A stretch of 30,533 bases of DNA from Planctomycetota bacterium (GTDB lineage: Bacteria > Planctomycetota > Phycisphaerae > UBA1845): NCBI GenBank assembly GCA_022561255.1, contig JADFRO010000001.1:1-30533 (forward strand). The letters run 5' to 3'. Both the position numbers and the translations under genes were made by a program. Below the pieces are notes generated by a model. The model was not told the DNA's origin and did not search any database. It saw only the letters and a program-made list of their open reading frames with translations. This document shows positions 8,892 to 18,361 of this stretch, piece after piece (the first letter of the stretch is position 1; the number at the start of each line of letters is the position of its first letter).

Positions 8892-9181
8892 CCCTGTTCA
8901 CTCCACACACCTACGTTATCGAGTCCAACCTACGCGGGTTTGCTGTTTTCATGGCCGGACACGAGCATGCCCCGTTTCTGTGTGCTGAGCCGAAGGCTTC
9001 AGCCCGCGCGGTTTCCTAACGTTCGATGCCACTCGAAGGTCGACGAACCCAGCATTCGACTACGAGAAAGACTCCGACCGGTCCAACTCGATCACATCGG
9101 CCTTCGCCTTGACTTAGCCGCACCGGAGTCTAGCATTCATGGACGAAGTATATCGATAGGTGCGACACGAGTGTTGCGATC

Positions 9182-9823
9182 ATGTTTACCGGAATCGTCG
9201 AATCGACAGGTACTATTAATCGCACGACCAAGGTGCCGGGCGGGCGGCGATTGCGCGTTGAAGTCGGGGTGGTGGCGAGCGAATGCAAGCACGGCGACAG
9301 CATCTGCGTCAGCGGCGTATGTCTCACCGTAACGACGATTGACAACGGGGCAATCGAGTTTGATGTCGTCACGGAGACGCTCGACAAAACGACGCTCGGC
9401 GAAAAGCGCGTCGGCGATTGTGTGAACATCGAGCGATCCCTGCGTGTCGGTGACCGACTGGATGGCCACTTCGTTCAGGGTCACATCGACGGCGTCGCTA
9501 CGGTCGAGGCGGTCGAGCGTACCACCGTCGAGCACGTCGTCCGGTTCGCCTGCGATCATGAGATGTCCCGGTTTGTCATTACAAAGGGTTCCATTGCGAT
9601 CGACGGCGTGTCGTTAACGATCGCTGAGGTTCGTGATGCTTCGTTTTCCATTGCACTGATCCCCACGACGCTTGAGCGAACGACGCTGGGACAGCTCCAT
9701 CGGGGCGACTCCGTGAACGTCGAGACGGACATCATCGTCCGAACCATCGTTCATCGTCTCACCGACGTCACCGGCGAGGGCGGATTGACGCTGGAGGCCT
9801 TACAGAAGGCGGGGTTCGCGTGA
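9182..9823 (+). CDS. ribE: Riboflavin synthase (alpha chain)
   Basis: Diagnostic MFTGIVE N-terminus, GDSICVSGVCLTV, NIERSL, GHFVQGHIDG, KGSIAIDGVSLT, VNVETDI. Confidence 0.97.
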   Translation: MFTGIVESTGTINRTTKVPGGRRLRVEVGVVASECKHGDSICVSGVCLTVTTIDNGAIEFDVVTETLDKTTLGEKRVGDCVNIERSLRVGDRLDGHFVQGHIDGVATVEAVERTTVEHVVRFACDHEMSRFVITKGSIAIDGVSLTIAEVRDASFSIALIPTTLERTTLGQLHRGDSVNVETDIIVRTIVHRLTDVTGEGGLTLEALQKAGFA

Positions 9824-10890
9824 TGGCCGAGTGGACCGCTTCAAGCGTTGCGGGTGACAAGCCCCTGATCGGTATCAGCATGGGCGATCCGTGCGGCATC
9901 GGTGCGGAAGTCATCGTCAAGGCACTCGCCGACTCAGAGCTACGCTCACTGGCGCGGTTCGTGGTGTTCGGTTTTGAGGACGTGCTCGCCGCCGCGGCGG
10001 ATGCGGCGGGCATACGGCCGTTTTGGTTCCGCATCGCCAGGAACGACCCGCGCCGAATCGACAGCGGCGTAGTGGTCGTCGATTTCGCAGAGCACACGGC
10101 TGGATTCTGGATCAACGCTCGGCCCACCGCTGAGGGGGGAAGCGCATCGCTCGCGTTTCTAGACGAAGCCATTGCGGCAGCGCGCAGCGGCGGGATCGAT
10201 GCGATCGTAACCGGTCCGATTCACAAGGTAAGCTGGAAGCTCGCCGGCTGCCGCTTTCCCGGTCACACGGAGAAGATCGCCGACGCGCTCAACTGCAAAC
10301 GGTTTACGATGACCTTCGTCGGCGGCGGTTTGCGCGTCGCTCTGGTGACGGCGCACGTAGGCCTCCTGGAAATACGCAATCTGCTGTCCATCGGAGCCGT
10401 CTTTCGATCTATCGAACAGCTTCACGACGCATTGGTGAATTGGTTCGACATCGAGCACCCGCGCATTGCCGCCCTCGGCCTCAATCCGCACGCTGGTGAA
10501 GACGGTCGATTCGGCGACGAGGAAAATCGCGTCATAGAGCCGGCCATGCAGATGGCACGAAACCACGGCATCGACGTAACCGGTCCGTTTCCTGCAGACA
10601 CATTCTTTACGCCGAAGCGACGATCCCGCTACGACGGCGTCGTCGCGATGTACCACGATCAGGGACTGATCCCCGTCAAGATGCTCGCCTTCGATACCGC
10701 CGTAAACCTAACGCTCGGTCTGCCCATCATTCGCACCAGCGTCGACCACGGGACCGCGTTCGACATCGCCGGTACAAATCAAGCCGATCCCGGAAGCATG
10801 ACCGAAGCGATCCGCCTGGCCTGCCGGTTGGCATCGAGACCCCACGGCAAGATGCGCACTTCGACACCGGTTGGTGTCGAGGAAGCGTGA
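9820..10890 (+). CDS. pdxA: 4-hydroxythreonine-4-phosphate dehydrogenase (PdxA family)
   Basis: ISMGDPCGIGAEV, TGPIHK, FPGHTE, GLNPHAGE, AMYHDQGLIPVK, IRTSVDHGTAFDIAG. Start overlaps the ribE stop (GTGATG), suggesting translational coupling. Confidence 0.95.
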   Translation: MMAEWTASSVAGDKPLIGISMGDPCGIGAEVIVKALADSELRSLARFVVFGFEDVLAAAADAAGIRPFWFRIARNDPRRIDSGVVVVDFAEHTAGFWINARPTAEGGSASLAFLDEAIAAARSGGIDAIVTGPIHKVSWKLAGCRFPGHTEKIADALNCKRFTMTFVGGGLRVALVTAHVGLLEIRNLLSIGAVFRSIEQLHDALVNWFDIEHPRIAALGLNPHAGEDGRFGDEENRVIEPAMQMARNHGIDVTGPFPADTFFTPKRRSRYDGVVAMYHDQGLIPVKMLAFDTAVNLTLGLPIIRTSVDHGTAFDIAGTNQADPGSMTEAIRLACRLASRPHGKMRTSTPVGVEEA

Positions 10891-10942
10891 TGAGGCGCAG
10901 GCGCGCACGCCGTGTGGCGCGGAACCGAACAGCAGTCTTGCT

Positions 10943-13663
10943 TTAACACTCCTGGAGCGTATCGGATGTGGGTGGTGCGGTTGGGTCGGCTTTGTCCGGG
11001 TTGATCCCCAGCGTCTCGACAGCGGTTGCAAGTTTGGCCGCGTCGAACTGCCCAATCTTGGCCAACTCGCTCAGCGCGGCCAGTGTGGTGTAACGCGCGT
11101 CGACTTCGAAATAGTCGCGCAGCTCCGCGCGTGCATCGCTTCGTCCAAATCCGTCCGTCCCCAACGGGTGGAATCCAGCCGGCACCCATCGTGCGATCTG
11201 ATCGGGCACAGCTTTCATGTAGTCGCCCGTAGCGACGATGGGATAGGGTTCCTCGGCGAGTAGGCTTGTGACGTAGGGGACGCGCGGCGTTTGGCCGGGA
11301 TGCAGAAGATTCCACCGCTCGCAGGCCAGCGCTTCTCGGCGGAGCAGAGTGTAGCTCGTTGCGCTCCAGACATCGGCAGCGACACCGAATTTCTCGTCGA
11401 GAAGCTGCTGTGCCCCCAGAGCACTGCGAAGAATCGACCCGCTACCAAACAAATGCACGCGTGGTTTGTTCCCCGGATGCTCCGCCGGGCGGAACTTGTA
11501 CAAACCCTTCAAAATCCCTTCCTCGACACCGTCGGGCATCGGCGGATGGACGTACGGCTCGTTCTGAACGGTAATGTAGTAAAAAACGGGCTCGCGCTCG
11601 TAATACATTCGTCGGATGCCGTCCCGGACGATGGTTGCAATCTCGTACGCGAACGCCGGGTCGTAGGGCATGATGTTGGGAAACGTACTCGCCAGGACGT
11701 GACTGTGCCCATCCTGGTGCTGCAACCCTTCGCCGGCGAGCGTGGTACGACCGGCCGTGCATCCGATGAGAAAACCGCGGCAGCGCGCGTCAGCGCACGC
11801 CCAAGCTGAGTCACCGATTCGCTGGAAGCCGAACATCGAGTAGAACAGGAAGAACGGAATCGTATTGATCCCGTGTGTGACGTTGGCGGTTCCCGCCGCC
11901 GCGAACGACGCCATCGCTCCCGCCTCAGTAATGCCCTCTTCGATAATCTGTCCGTCTTTGCTTTCGCGGTAGTAGAGTAGCAAGTGCGAATCGACCGGTT
12001 CGTAGCGCTGTCCGGCATGCGCGTAGATGCCGTACTTTCGGAACAGCGCGTCCATACCAAACGTTCGCGCCTCGTCCGGAATGATCGGAACGATCAGCTT
12101 GCCGAGCTCCTTGTCGTCCATGAGGCGTGCGAGCAGACGCACGAGCATCATCGTCGTCGCCGCCTCGCGGTCACCCGTTCCATCGAGGAACTCCGCAAAC
12201 AGTTCCGGCTTGGGCGGCTTGAGCAGCGACGCTCGGACACGGCGGCGCGGAACGAATCCGCCCAGCGCCTGGCGATGCTCCATCATGTACTGATACTCTT
12301 CGCTGCTCTCTTCCGGTCGATAGAACGGCGCGTCTTCGAGTTGATCGTCAGGGATCGGAATCTCGAAGCGGTCTCGGAACAAACGCAGCGCTTCTTCATC
12401 GAGCTTCTTTTGCTGATGCGTGACGTTTCGACCTTCAGCCGCCTCGCCCAGCCCGTACCCCTTGATGGTCCGCGCGAGAATGACCGTTGGCTGGCCTTCA
12501 TGTTCGACGGCTTCCTTAAACGCGGCGTAGATCTTCGCCGGGTCATGGCCGCCCAGTCGAAGCTTGCGAATCTGTTCATCGCTAAGGTGTGCAACGAGCT
12601 CGCCGAGCCGAGGATCAGTTCCGAAAAATTTCTCTCGGGCATATGCCCCGGACTCGACGGTATACTTCTGCCACTCGCCGTCGATCGTCTCGTTCATGCG
12701 TTCAACCAAAACGCCGTCGGTGTCCGCGGCGAGTAGCGGATCCCAGTCCTCGCCCCAGATGACCTTGATGACGTTCCAACCGGCCCCACGGAACGCGCCT
12801 TCGAGTTCCTGAATGATGTTTCCGTTGCCCCGGACCGGGCCGTCGAGACGCTGCAGGTTGCAGTTGACGACGAAGATCAGGTTGTCGAGTTGCTCGCGCG
12901 CCGCCAGTGTGATGGCACCGAGACTTTCCGGCTCGTCCATCTCACCGTCACCGAGAAACGCCCAGACGTTGGACTTCGATGTATCCTTGAGGCCGCGATC
13001 GTGCAGGTAGCGGTTGAAACGCGCTTGATAAATCGCTGTGACCGCCGCAAGACCCATCGACACCGTTGGGAACTCCCAAAAGTCCGGCATCAGCCACGGA
13101 TGCGGATACGATGACAGGCCGCCCCCGGTCGCCAGCTCGCGGCGGTAATTCTGGATCTGTTCGGCGGTTAGTCTGCCAAGAAGGTACGCGCGAGAGTAGA
13201 TGCCAGGTGCGCAGTGACCTTGAAAATAGATTTGGTCGCCGACGTCGTTTACTGTATTGCCACGGAAGAAGTGTTCGAACCCGACTTCCAGAAACGTCGC
13301 GGCCGAGGCGAAGGTCGAAATATGCCCACCGATTCCAGGGGAGCGTCGATTCGCCCGAACGACCATAGCCATCGCGTTCCAACGAACCAGGCTCTTGATC
13401 CGGCGTTCGATCGCGCGGTCGCCGGGATAGGGCGGTTGACGTTCAAGGGGGATCGTGTTGACGTACGGCGTGTTGGCGGTAAACGGTGCTACGATGTCGT
13501 TACGCTTGCCCCAGTCGATCAGATGTGCGAGGAGATCCCTCGCCCGCTGTCGCCCGGAGGTTTCGGTGACCGACTTCAGCGAGTCGATCCACTCCTGCAT
13601 TTCGATTTGGTTGACGTCCTGGTCCACAGGCATGGCGTCCAGCATATCCGGCGTTGTTGTCAT
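10943..13663 (-). CDS. aceE: Pyruvate dehydrogenase E1, homodimeric AceE type
   Basis: EMQEWIDSL, RWNAMAMVVRAN, GGHISTFAS, QGHCAPGIY, SSYPHP, FPTVSMGL, ThDP motif GDGEMDE...NCN, PDEARTFGM, GITEAGA, GEGLQHQDG, LGTDGFGRSD. Confidence 0.98.
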   Translation of the reverse strand: MTTTPDMLDAMPVDQDVNQIEMQEWIDSLKSVTETSGRQRARDLLAHLIDWGKRNDIVAPFTANTPYVNTIPLERQPPYPGDRAIERRIKSLVRWNAMAMVVRANRRSPGIGGHISTFASAATFLEVGFEHFFRGNTVNDVGDQIYFQGHCAPGIYSRAYLLGRLTAEQIQNYRRELATGGGLSSYPHPWLMPDFWEFPTVSMGLAAVTAIYQARFNRYLHDRGLKDTSKSNVWAFLGDGEMDEPESLGAITLAAREQLDNLIFVVNCNLQRLDGPVRGNGNIIQELEGAFRGAGWNVIKVIWGEDWDPLLAADTDGVLVERMNETIDGEWQKYTVESGAYAREKFFGTDPRLGELVAHLSDEQIRKLRLGGHDPAKIYAAFKEAVEHEGQPTVILARTIKGYGLGEAAEGRNVTHQQKKLDEEALRLFRDRFEIPIPDDQLEDAPFYRPEESSEEYQYMMEHRQALGGFVPRRRVRASLLKPPKPELFAEFLDGTGDREAATTMMLVRLLARLMDDKELGKLIVPIIPDEARTFGMDALFRKYGIYAHAGQRYEPVDSHLLLYYRESKDGQIIEEGITEAGAMASFAAAGTANVTHGINTIPFFLFYSMFGFQRIGDSAWACADARCRGFLIGCTAGRTTLAGEGLQHQDGHSHVLASTFPNIMPYDPAFAYEIATIVRDGIRRMYYEREPVFYYITVQNEPYVHPPMPDGVEEGILKGLYKFRPAEHPGNKPRVHLFGSGSILRSALGAQQLLDEKFGVAADVWSATSYTLLRREALACERWNLLHPGQTPRVPYVTSLLAEEPYPIVATGDYMKAVPDQIARWVPAGFHPLGTDGFGRSDARAELRDYFEVDARYTTLAALSELAKIGQFDAAKLATAVETLGINPDKADPTAPPTSDTLQEC

Positions 13664-14260
13664 TGGCTACCCAAGTGCTGTACGCGATGAGTCGGCGCTC
13701 TTGCACTCTGTTTCGCGCTTATTCCTCAGCGGGTGACGACCGGACCCGATGGGTCCAACGCTCGTGATGTGTCCGCACGCTATCGGCTCGTCAACGATTC
13801 CTCTGCCCCGCGCGCACAATCCACTGATGTATCGGCCTGTCGGCCGCATCGGCATGATTAACTCTTGCGCTGCTGGGTCTGCGCTTCCCAGCCCTGTCCA
13901 TTAGCGGGCGTTGGACGGCGCGTTTGTTTTGAGTGGCGAACGTACGCGGCGTATCTTAGAGTTGTGTTGTCGGAGGTTGGTCAGCGTGCCGGAGACATTG
14001 CACGGTTAACGCTGCACCTCCGTCGTCAAGACCATCGACACGCCGCACGATCCGATAACATCCGTCGTCCATCCCGCAGGTGACGGCGACCACGGGAGAC
14101 TGACTTGCTTTCCGGTGGGGGAAGGAAAGCACGCCGGCCAGAAGGGGGGCCGCGCCTTCGCGCGGTTGCTCGCCTGGCCGGTGCAGTATTTCTGCCTCTA
14201 CACATCGCGGACTCGGTTCCCAATCCGTCACGTCGAGTTCTTTGGAATCGGCGGTAGGCT

Positions 14261-14539
14261 TTATTCGGATAGCATCGACGCCAGCGCGGGCTCCATCAAC
14301 ACCTGATCCGTTGGGACCATTGTGATGACGTGCCACGGGCAGACTTGGGCGCAGAGCTTGCAGCCGATGCAGACCGGAAGATCGATCGTACAGATGCCCA
14401 TCGCGTAGCCGGGGTGTTGGGGGTCGGAGACCTTGTCGATGCAGTCCACTGGACAGACCGAAACGCACGCATCGCAGCCTGTACACAGATCCTCGTCGAG
14501 AATCGCAAGTTGTTTGGGAAGCTTCTTCTTTTTTGCCAT
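14261..14539 (-). CDS. 2x[4Fe-4S] ferredoxin (92 aa)
   Basis: Two CxxCxxCxxxCP motifs: CTGCDACVSVCP and CIGCKLCAQVCP. AILDEDLC resembles the RnfB C-terminal dicluster domain. Confidence 0.92.
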   Translation of the reverse strand: MAKKKKLPKQLAILDEDLCTGCDACVSVCPVDCIDKVSDPQHPGYAMGICTIDLPVCIGCKLCAQVCPWHVITMVPTDQVLMEPALASMLSE

Positions 14540-14553
14540 CGCCGCCTGTGAGG

Positions 14554-15414
14554 CTACCGTCCGTCAGGATCCGAGGTTTCGTCTGAACCGGGGATCCTAC
14601 CGTTCATCGGCATACCGGGCAACGGGCCGTTACGATGGCGCGATCGTCCACTCGTGGGGGATCCGTCCGCGGCTTCTTTTTCATCGGCGGGATGACCGCT
14701 GTTCGCCCCGCCCGATGGGAGAGCTCGACCGTTACGGCCGTTGACGCGGCGATTTCCGTTTGTCGAGTCGTAACGGTGTCGGCGATCGAGTTTGCGGGAG
14801 CGGAGTTCGGCCACCGTCGAAAGCTGAGCCCCCTTCGCGACGAGTTGGCGGAGCGCCAGATCGGCGTTTGCCTTGCTCCAGTATCCGCACGCATCGACGA
14901 TGATGGTGACTTTCTTGGCTCGAGCGAGAAGGGCCATGGCGGCGGCCTTCACGGGTCCATCCATTCCAGCACCGAACAGAAGGTACTCCTCGACGCGTAG
15001 CTGCGTAAGGAGACGGTCCGCCTTGGGGTTTCCCAGGAGATCGTCACCGCGCTTGCGGAAAATCACTTGCTGATAGTGCTGAAAGAGGTCGGTCGGTACG
15101 CACGGCGTGTTATCCACCTCGACGTTGGTACGTGTGGGGAAGAGCGTGAACTCCAGTTTGCGCTGGCCGCACGACCCGTCCACGCAGTGGATTGGATACC
15201 CGCTGTCCGACAGTTCCAATGGGCGATGAGATTCCATCGACGAAACCACCGGTGCGTAGTTTCGCTTGGCCCAGGCCACCATCCGGCGAAGTGCCGAAAC
15301 AAAGCTCGGCGTGTCGTTGACCGGAAAGGCCCCGTTAGCATCGCAAAAGTCGTATTGAGTGTTAATGTCCAGAAGGACGCACTCGTAGACCCGTCCGTTT
15401 CTACGTGCGCTCAT
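14554..15414 (-). CDS. Isochorismatase/nicotinamidase-like cysteine-hydrolase-fold protein with a disordered C-terminal tail
   Basis: LLDINTQYDF (catalytic Asp motif), ESH and HCVDGS (metal-site-like), FRK, GAGMDGPV aligned to GxxTDYCV, IIVDAC. Start set at ATG 15414 (the ORF track opens at 15567); start uncertain. Confidence 0.8.
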   Translation of the reverse strand: MSARRNGRVYECVLLDINTQYDFCDANGAFPVNDTPSFVSALRRMVAWAKRNYAPVVSSMESHRPLELSDSGYPIHCVDGSCGQRKLEFTLFPTRTNVEVDNTPCVPTDLFQHYQQVIFRKRGDDLLGNPKADRLLTQLRVEEYLLFGAGMDGPVKAAAMALLARAKKVTIIVDACGYWSKANADLALRQLVAKGAQLSTVAELRSRKLDRRHRYDSTNGNRRVNGRNGRALPSGGANSGHPADEKEAADGSPTSGRSRHRNGPLPGMPMNGRIPGSDETSDPDGR

Positions 15415-16261
15415 CGGCTGTACCCCCACCATCAGAATCCCTGAGTAACGCGTGCGCCCGAAGGGCGCGTTCCGAAACGCGCAACTCACAGTAAGCGGGG
15501 GTATTGCTTCCTTCCCGTCGCAAGCCCCTCCGACTTCATCTAGGGAGAAATGTTGCTTCGCCTCCAAGGCTAGTCTAGACCGGAATCGTCCGCAAGGCGA
15601 CTACTTCCTACAAATTATCTGGGGCGGCGTCCCAGACGAGACAGCAATTACAGTGCCAGGGTAATCCATGCCGTCCGCGGGCGACAAAGCACAACCGATT
15701 CGACGCCTCTGCGCGTCGGAACGTTTCCCTTAGGGCCGAGGGAGCTCCCGTTTGAATTTCAGCCTCGCATCCGTAGGCGTCGATAGTCGTAATGGTTATC
15801 GGACATGCGCCGAGGGGGCCTGATCCGGTTCTGTGATTTTCATGCGACGCGTGTGAGCGGCGTGGCGATGGCGGACACGTTTGTGAATCGAGCGACACTC
15901 CGCGCTTGGTCGTCGCGAGAGCCCCGGCCATGCTGTGATTTTTCGGACTACTGGGCAGAGCGCGTACGGCGCGGACAGTTCTCGTGCGGTCTGTCGCGAG
16001 TAGTGCGCGTAACTGCTGAGATGAGCGGAAAGTTTCGTATAACCGGGCCGAAACCACTCAGCCCGAGTTCACCACGGTGGCTTATGGGATGTTGGGGGAA
16101 TAGGGTGTTTCAGACGCAAGGACGCCCAACAATTAGACGATGAACCGTGAGTCCCAGGTCGCTGGGCCACGTTCTTGCAGTTTGTTGCGGTGCCGATTGG
16201 ACGGCCCGCCTGCGTACGCAGCATGGATGGTGCGATCGTGAGCACGAACGGGTTGGCCTGA

Positions 16262-17011
16262 ATGGAAAATTTTGGACGCTTTTGGGCTCGTGGAGGGATC
16301 CGCCGGCTCCTCTTGTTCGGCGTGTTGGTGCAAATTGGATGCATCGGACGCAAGCCGATTGAGCCGGCTTTTCTGCCGAACGGTTTGTTGGGTTTTGCGA
16401 CGGTAGCTGTGGCTCCGGCGCTAAACCTTAGCGGGTCGACGGATTTCGATCCGAATCGATTCGCGGACCTGATGGCGAGCGAACTGAGCTACGCCGACCA
16501 GATCCGGGTGATTCCGGTCAGTCGTGTGCTCGGCGTTTTGGCGGCGCAAGGACGCGACACCGTGGAGTCGGCCAGGCACGCGGGTGAACTGGCGGATTGG
16601 CTCGGAGCGGATGCGATCTTGGTTTTCGCGGTAACGGAATATGATCCCTACGATCCGCCACGAATCGGAATCTCCGCTCAACTGTACGGCAAGAGGCCTA
16701 GGCCGGGCATCGAGCTTGCAGGTCCGGTGGACGCCCCGTCGAGGTTTCGCCCTGATGGCGTCCCGCCGGAGCAACCGAGCGTACACGTGCTGGCGGAGGC
16801 ACAGCGAGTCTTTGACGCCGATCATGCCGGCGTCATCGCGGAGATACGCTCCTTCGCCTACCGGCGCAGCGCGGGCGAGAGTCCGTACGGTTGGAAAAAG
16901 TACGTCGTGAGCCAGGAAGGATTTACGCGGTTTTGTTGCCACGCGACGATCGACTTCTTGTTGAACGGTCGACGCCGTCCGGAACGGTTGGCAAACCGCG
17001 GTGGGAGGTAA
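16262..17011 (+). CDS. Hypothetical lipoprotein with an alpha/beta periplasmic domain
   Basis: Basic N-terminus, LLLFGVLV hydrophobic core, QIGC lipobox-like; TVAVAP...DAILVFAVTEYDPY pattern is loosely reminiscent of CsgG/LpoB-like folds (inference). Confidence 0.72.
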   Translation: MENFGRFWARGGIRRLLLFGVLVQIGCIGRKPIEPAFLPNGLLGFATVAVAPALNLSGSTDFDPNRFADLMASELSYADQIRVIPVSRVLGVLAAQGRDTVESARHAGELADWLGADAILVFAVTEYDPYDPPRIGISAQLYGKRPRPGIELAGPVDAPSRFRPDGVPPEQPSVHVLAEAQRVFDADHAGVIAEIRSFAYRRSAGESPYGWKKYVVSQEGFTRFCCHATIDFLLNGRRRPERLANRGGR

Positions 17012-17020
17012 ACGGTTCTG

Positions 17021-17227
17021 ATGGGCGTGATTCGACAGCTTTCGCTCGTCAAAGGTGAAGAGCGTTTCGTGTTCCGGTATCAGACGGGACAGGAAACGGA
17101 CGTGATCGACTCCTTTGCCGGGCTGGCTGGAGATTCAACGAGTACCTTCGATTGGTTCGATGCGGCGGTGCTCAGCTATCAGATGGGTCGAAGATTAGAG
17201 ACGGAGCTCGATCAGATCGCCACGTAG
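17021..17227 (+). CDS. Small hypothetical protein (68 aa)
   Basis: Starts 9 nt after the lipoprotein stop; protein-like sequence RQLSLVKGEERFVFRY...FDWFDAAVLSYQMG. It fills the gap before xerC. Confidence 0.75.
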   Translation: MGVIRQLSLVKGEERFVFRYQTGQETDVIDSFAGLAGDSTSTFDWFDAAVLSYQMGRRLETELDQIAT

Positions 17228-17323
17228 TCCGATTGGAAGGAACACGGGCGGTGACCGCCGCTTGTCCCAAGGACGCGGGACCAGGCAGTCGTGGTTGGTT
17301 ATCGCCGATGTGTAGCAGCGATC

Positions 17324-18334
17324 ATGAAAGAGAATTCCTTGATTGACGAATTCCTAAACTACCTGAAGTTCGAGCGCCACTTCTCGCCCCACACGGCGAA
17401 ATGTTACGCGGCCGACTTGGCGCAGTTCTGTGCGTTTCTCAAGGGCGACACAGCCGCGGCAACGGGGCGTCAGAACTTCACGAGGCCCACGCCGAGACTG
17501 GTGGTGGGCGGTTCCTCTTCCGATGCGGCGAGTCCTGCCACGGCGGTTGTCTCGGAATCCAACGTCCAGCAGAAGATTCGCGACGTCGATACCGAGAAGA
17601 TCAAGTCGTTCCTGGCTTTCTTGGGTACGCAGAGTTATTCAAAGTCCACCGTCGCGCGAAAGCTGGCGACCCTGCGAAGCTTTTACAAGTTCTGCCTTCG
17701 TCGTGGTTATGTCTCCACGCACCCGCTGGCGACGATCCGCACGCCGAAGCAGGAGAAGCGACTGCCGAAATTCCTCGAGATGGACCAGATTACCAAGCTG
17801 CTTTCGACTCCCGACGACAACACGCTTCTGGGTTCGCGCGATCGCGCTATGCTCGAATTGTTGTTCTCGACGGGCGTCCGCGTTAGTGAGTTGGTCGATC
17901 TGAACTTCACCGATACGGATTTCGAGGGTCAGACCGTCCGCGTGCGCGGCAAGGGCAAGAAGCAGCGAACCGCTCCGATGGGGCCAACGGCGATTGCATC
18001 CATCCAAAAATACTTGCAACTTCGTCGTGCGGACGCGCGATCGGCATCGTTCGATCAGAACGCCTTGTTCGTCAACAAGCATGGTCAGCGGCTTAGTACC
18101 CGAAGCGTCCGTCGCAAGCTGGACAAGTATCTCGCCGAGGCGGGTCTCGATCCGTCGATTAGTCCTCACACGTTGCGACACAGCTTTGCCACGCACATGC
18201 TTAACAACGGCGCGGATCTTCGAAGCGTACAGGAACTTCTGGGTCACCAGTCGCTTTCTACGACGCAGGTGTATACGCACCTTACGACGCCGCGGCTGAA
18301 GGCCGTCTACGACGACGCCCATCCGCGCTCGTAA
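17324..18334 (+). CDS. xerC: XerC/XerD-family tyrosine recombinase
   Basis: FLNYLKFERHFSPHT..Y..DL core-binding start, ARKLATLRSFYKF, PKQEKRLPKFL, and a complete catalytic set: R (TGVRVSEL), K (GKGKKQR), HxxR (HTLRHSFATH), H (LLGH), Y (TQVYTH). xerC rather than xerD is a soft call. Confidence 0.9.
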   Translation: MKENSLIDEFLNYLKFERHFSPHTAKCYAADLAQFCAFLKGDTAAATGRQNFTRPTPRLVVGGSSSDAASPATAVVSESNVQQKIRDVDTEKIKSFLAFLGTQSYSKSTVARKLATLRSFYKFCLRRGYVSTHPLATIRTPKQEKRLPKFLEMDQITKLLSTPDDNTLLGSRDRAMLELLFSTGVRVSELVDLNFTDTDFEGQTVRVRGKGKKQRTAPMGPTAIASIQKYLQLRRADARSASFDQNALFVNKHGQRLSTRSVRRKLDKYLAEAGLDPSISPHTLRHSFATHMLNNGADLRSVQELLGHQSLSTTQVYTHLTTPRLKAVYDDAHPRS

Positions 18335-18361
18335 CCGCCGTCAAACTAACGAAGTAACCAG

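Noticed and set aside
8892-9181. FMN riboswitch upstream of ribE
   Set aside because: No AGGGCGGGGTGAAATTCCC-like core or other RFN elements are visible.
14100-14190. SRP RNA or a known riboswitch (GGAAGGAAAGCA; TTCCCCCACCGG; GTGACGGCGACCACGGGAG)
   Set aside because: Only fragments resemble SRP helix 8, FMN or ZMP motifs; the required flanking elements are missing. Kept only as an unassigned structure.
13956-14486. 176-aa minus-strand ORF
   Set aside because: It overlaps the ferredoxin in another frame and has no protein-like features.
17324-18334. Tyrosine recombinase as the integrase of a mobile element
   Set aside because: It has Xer-type N-terminal and PKxxKRLPK motifs, housekeeping neighbours, and no att repeats, tRNA target or cargo. 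No dif-like site was seen either.
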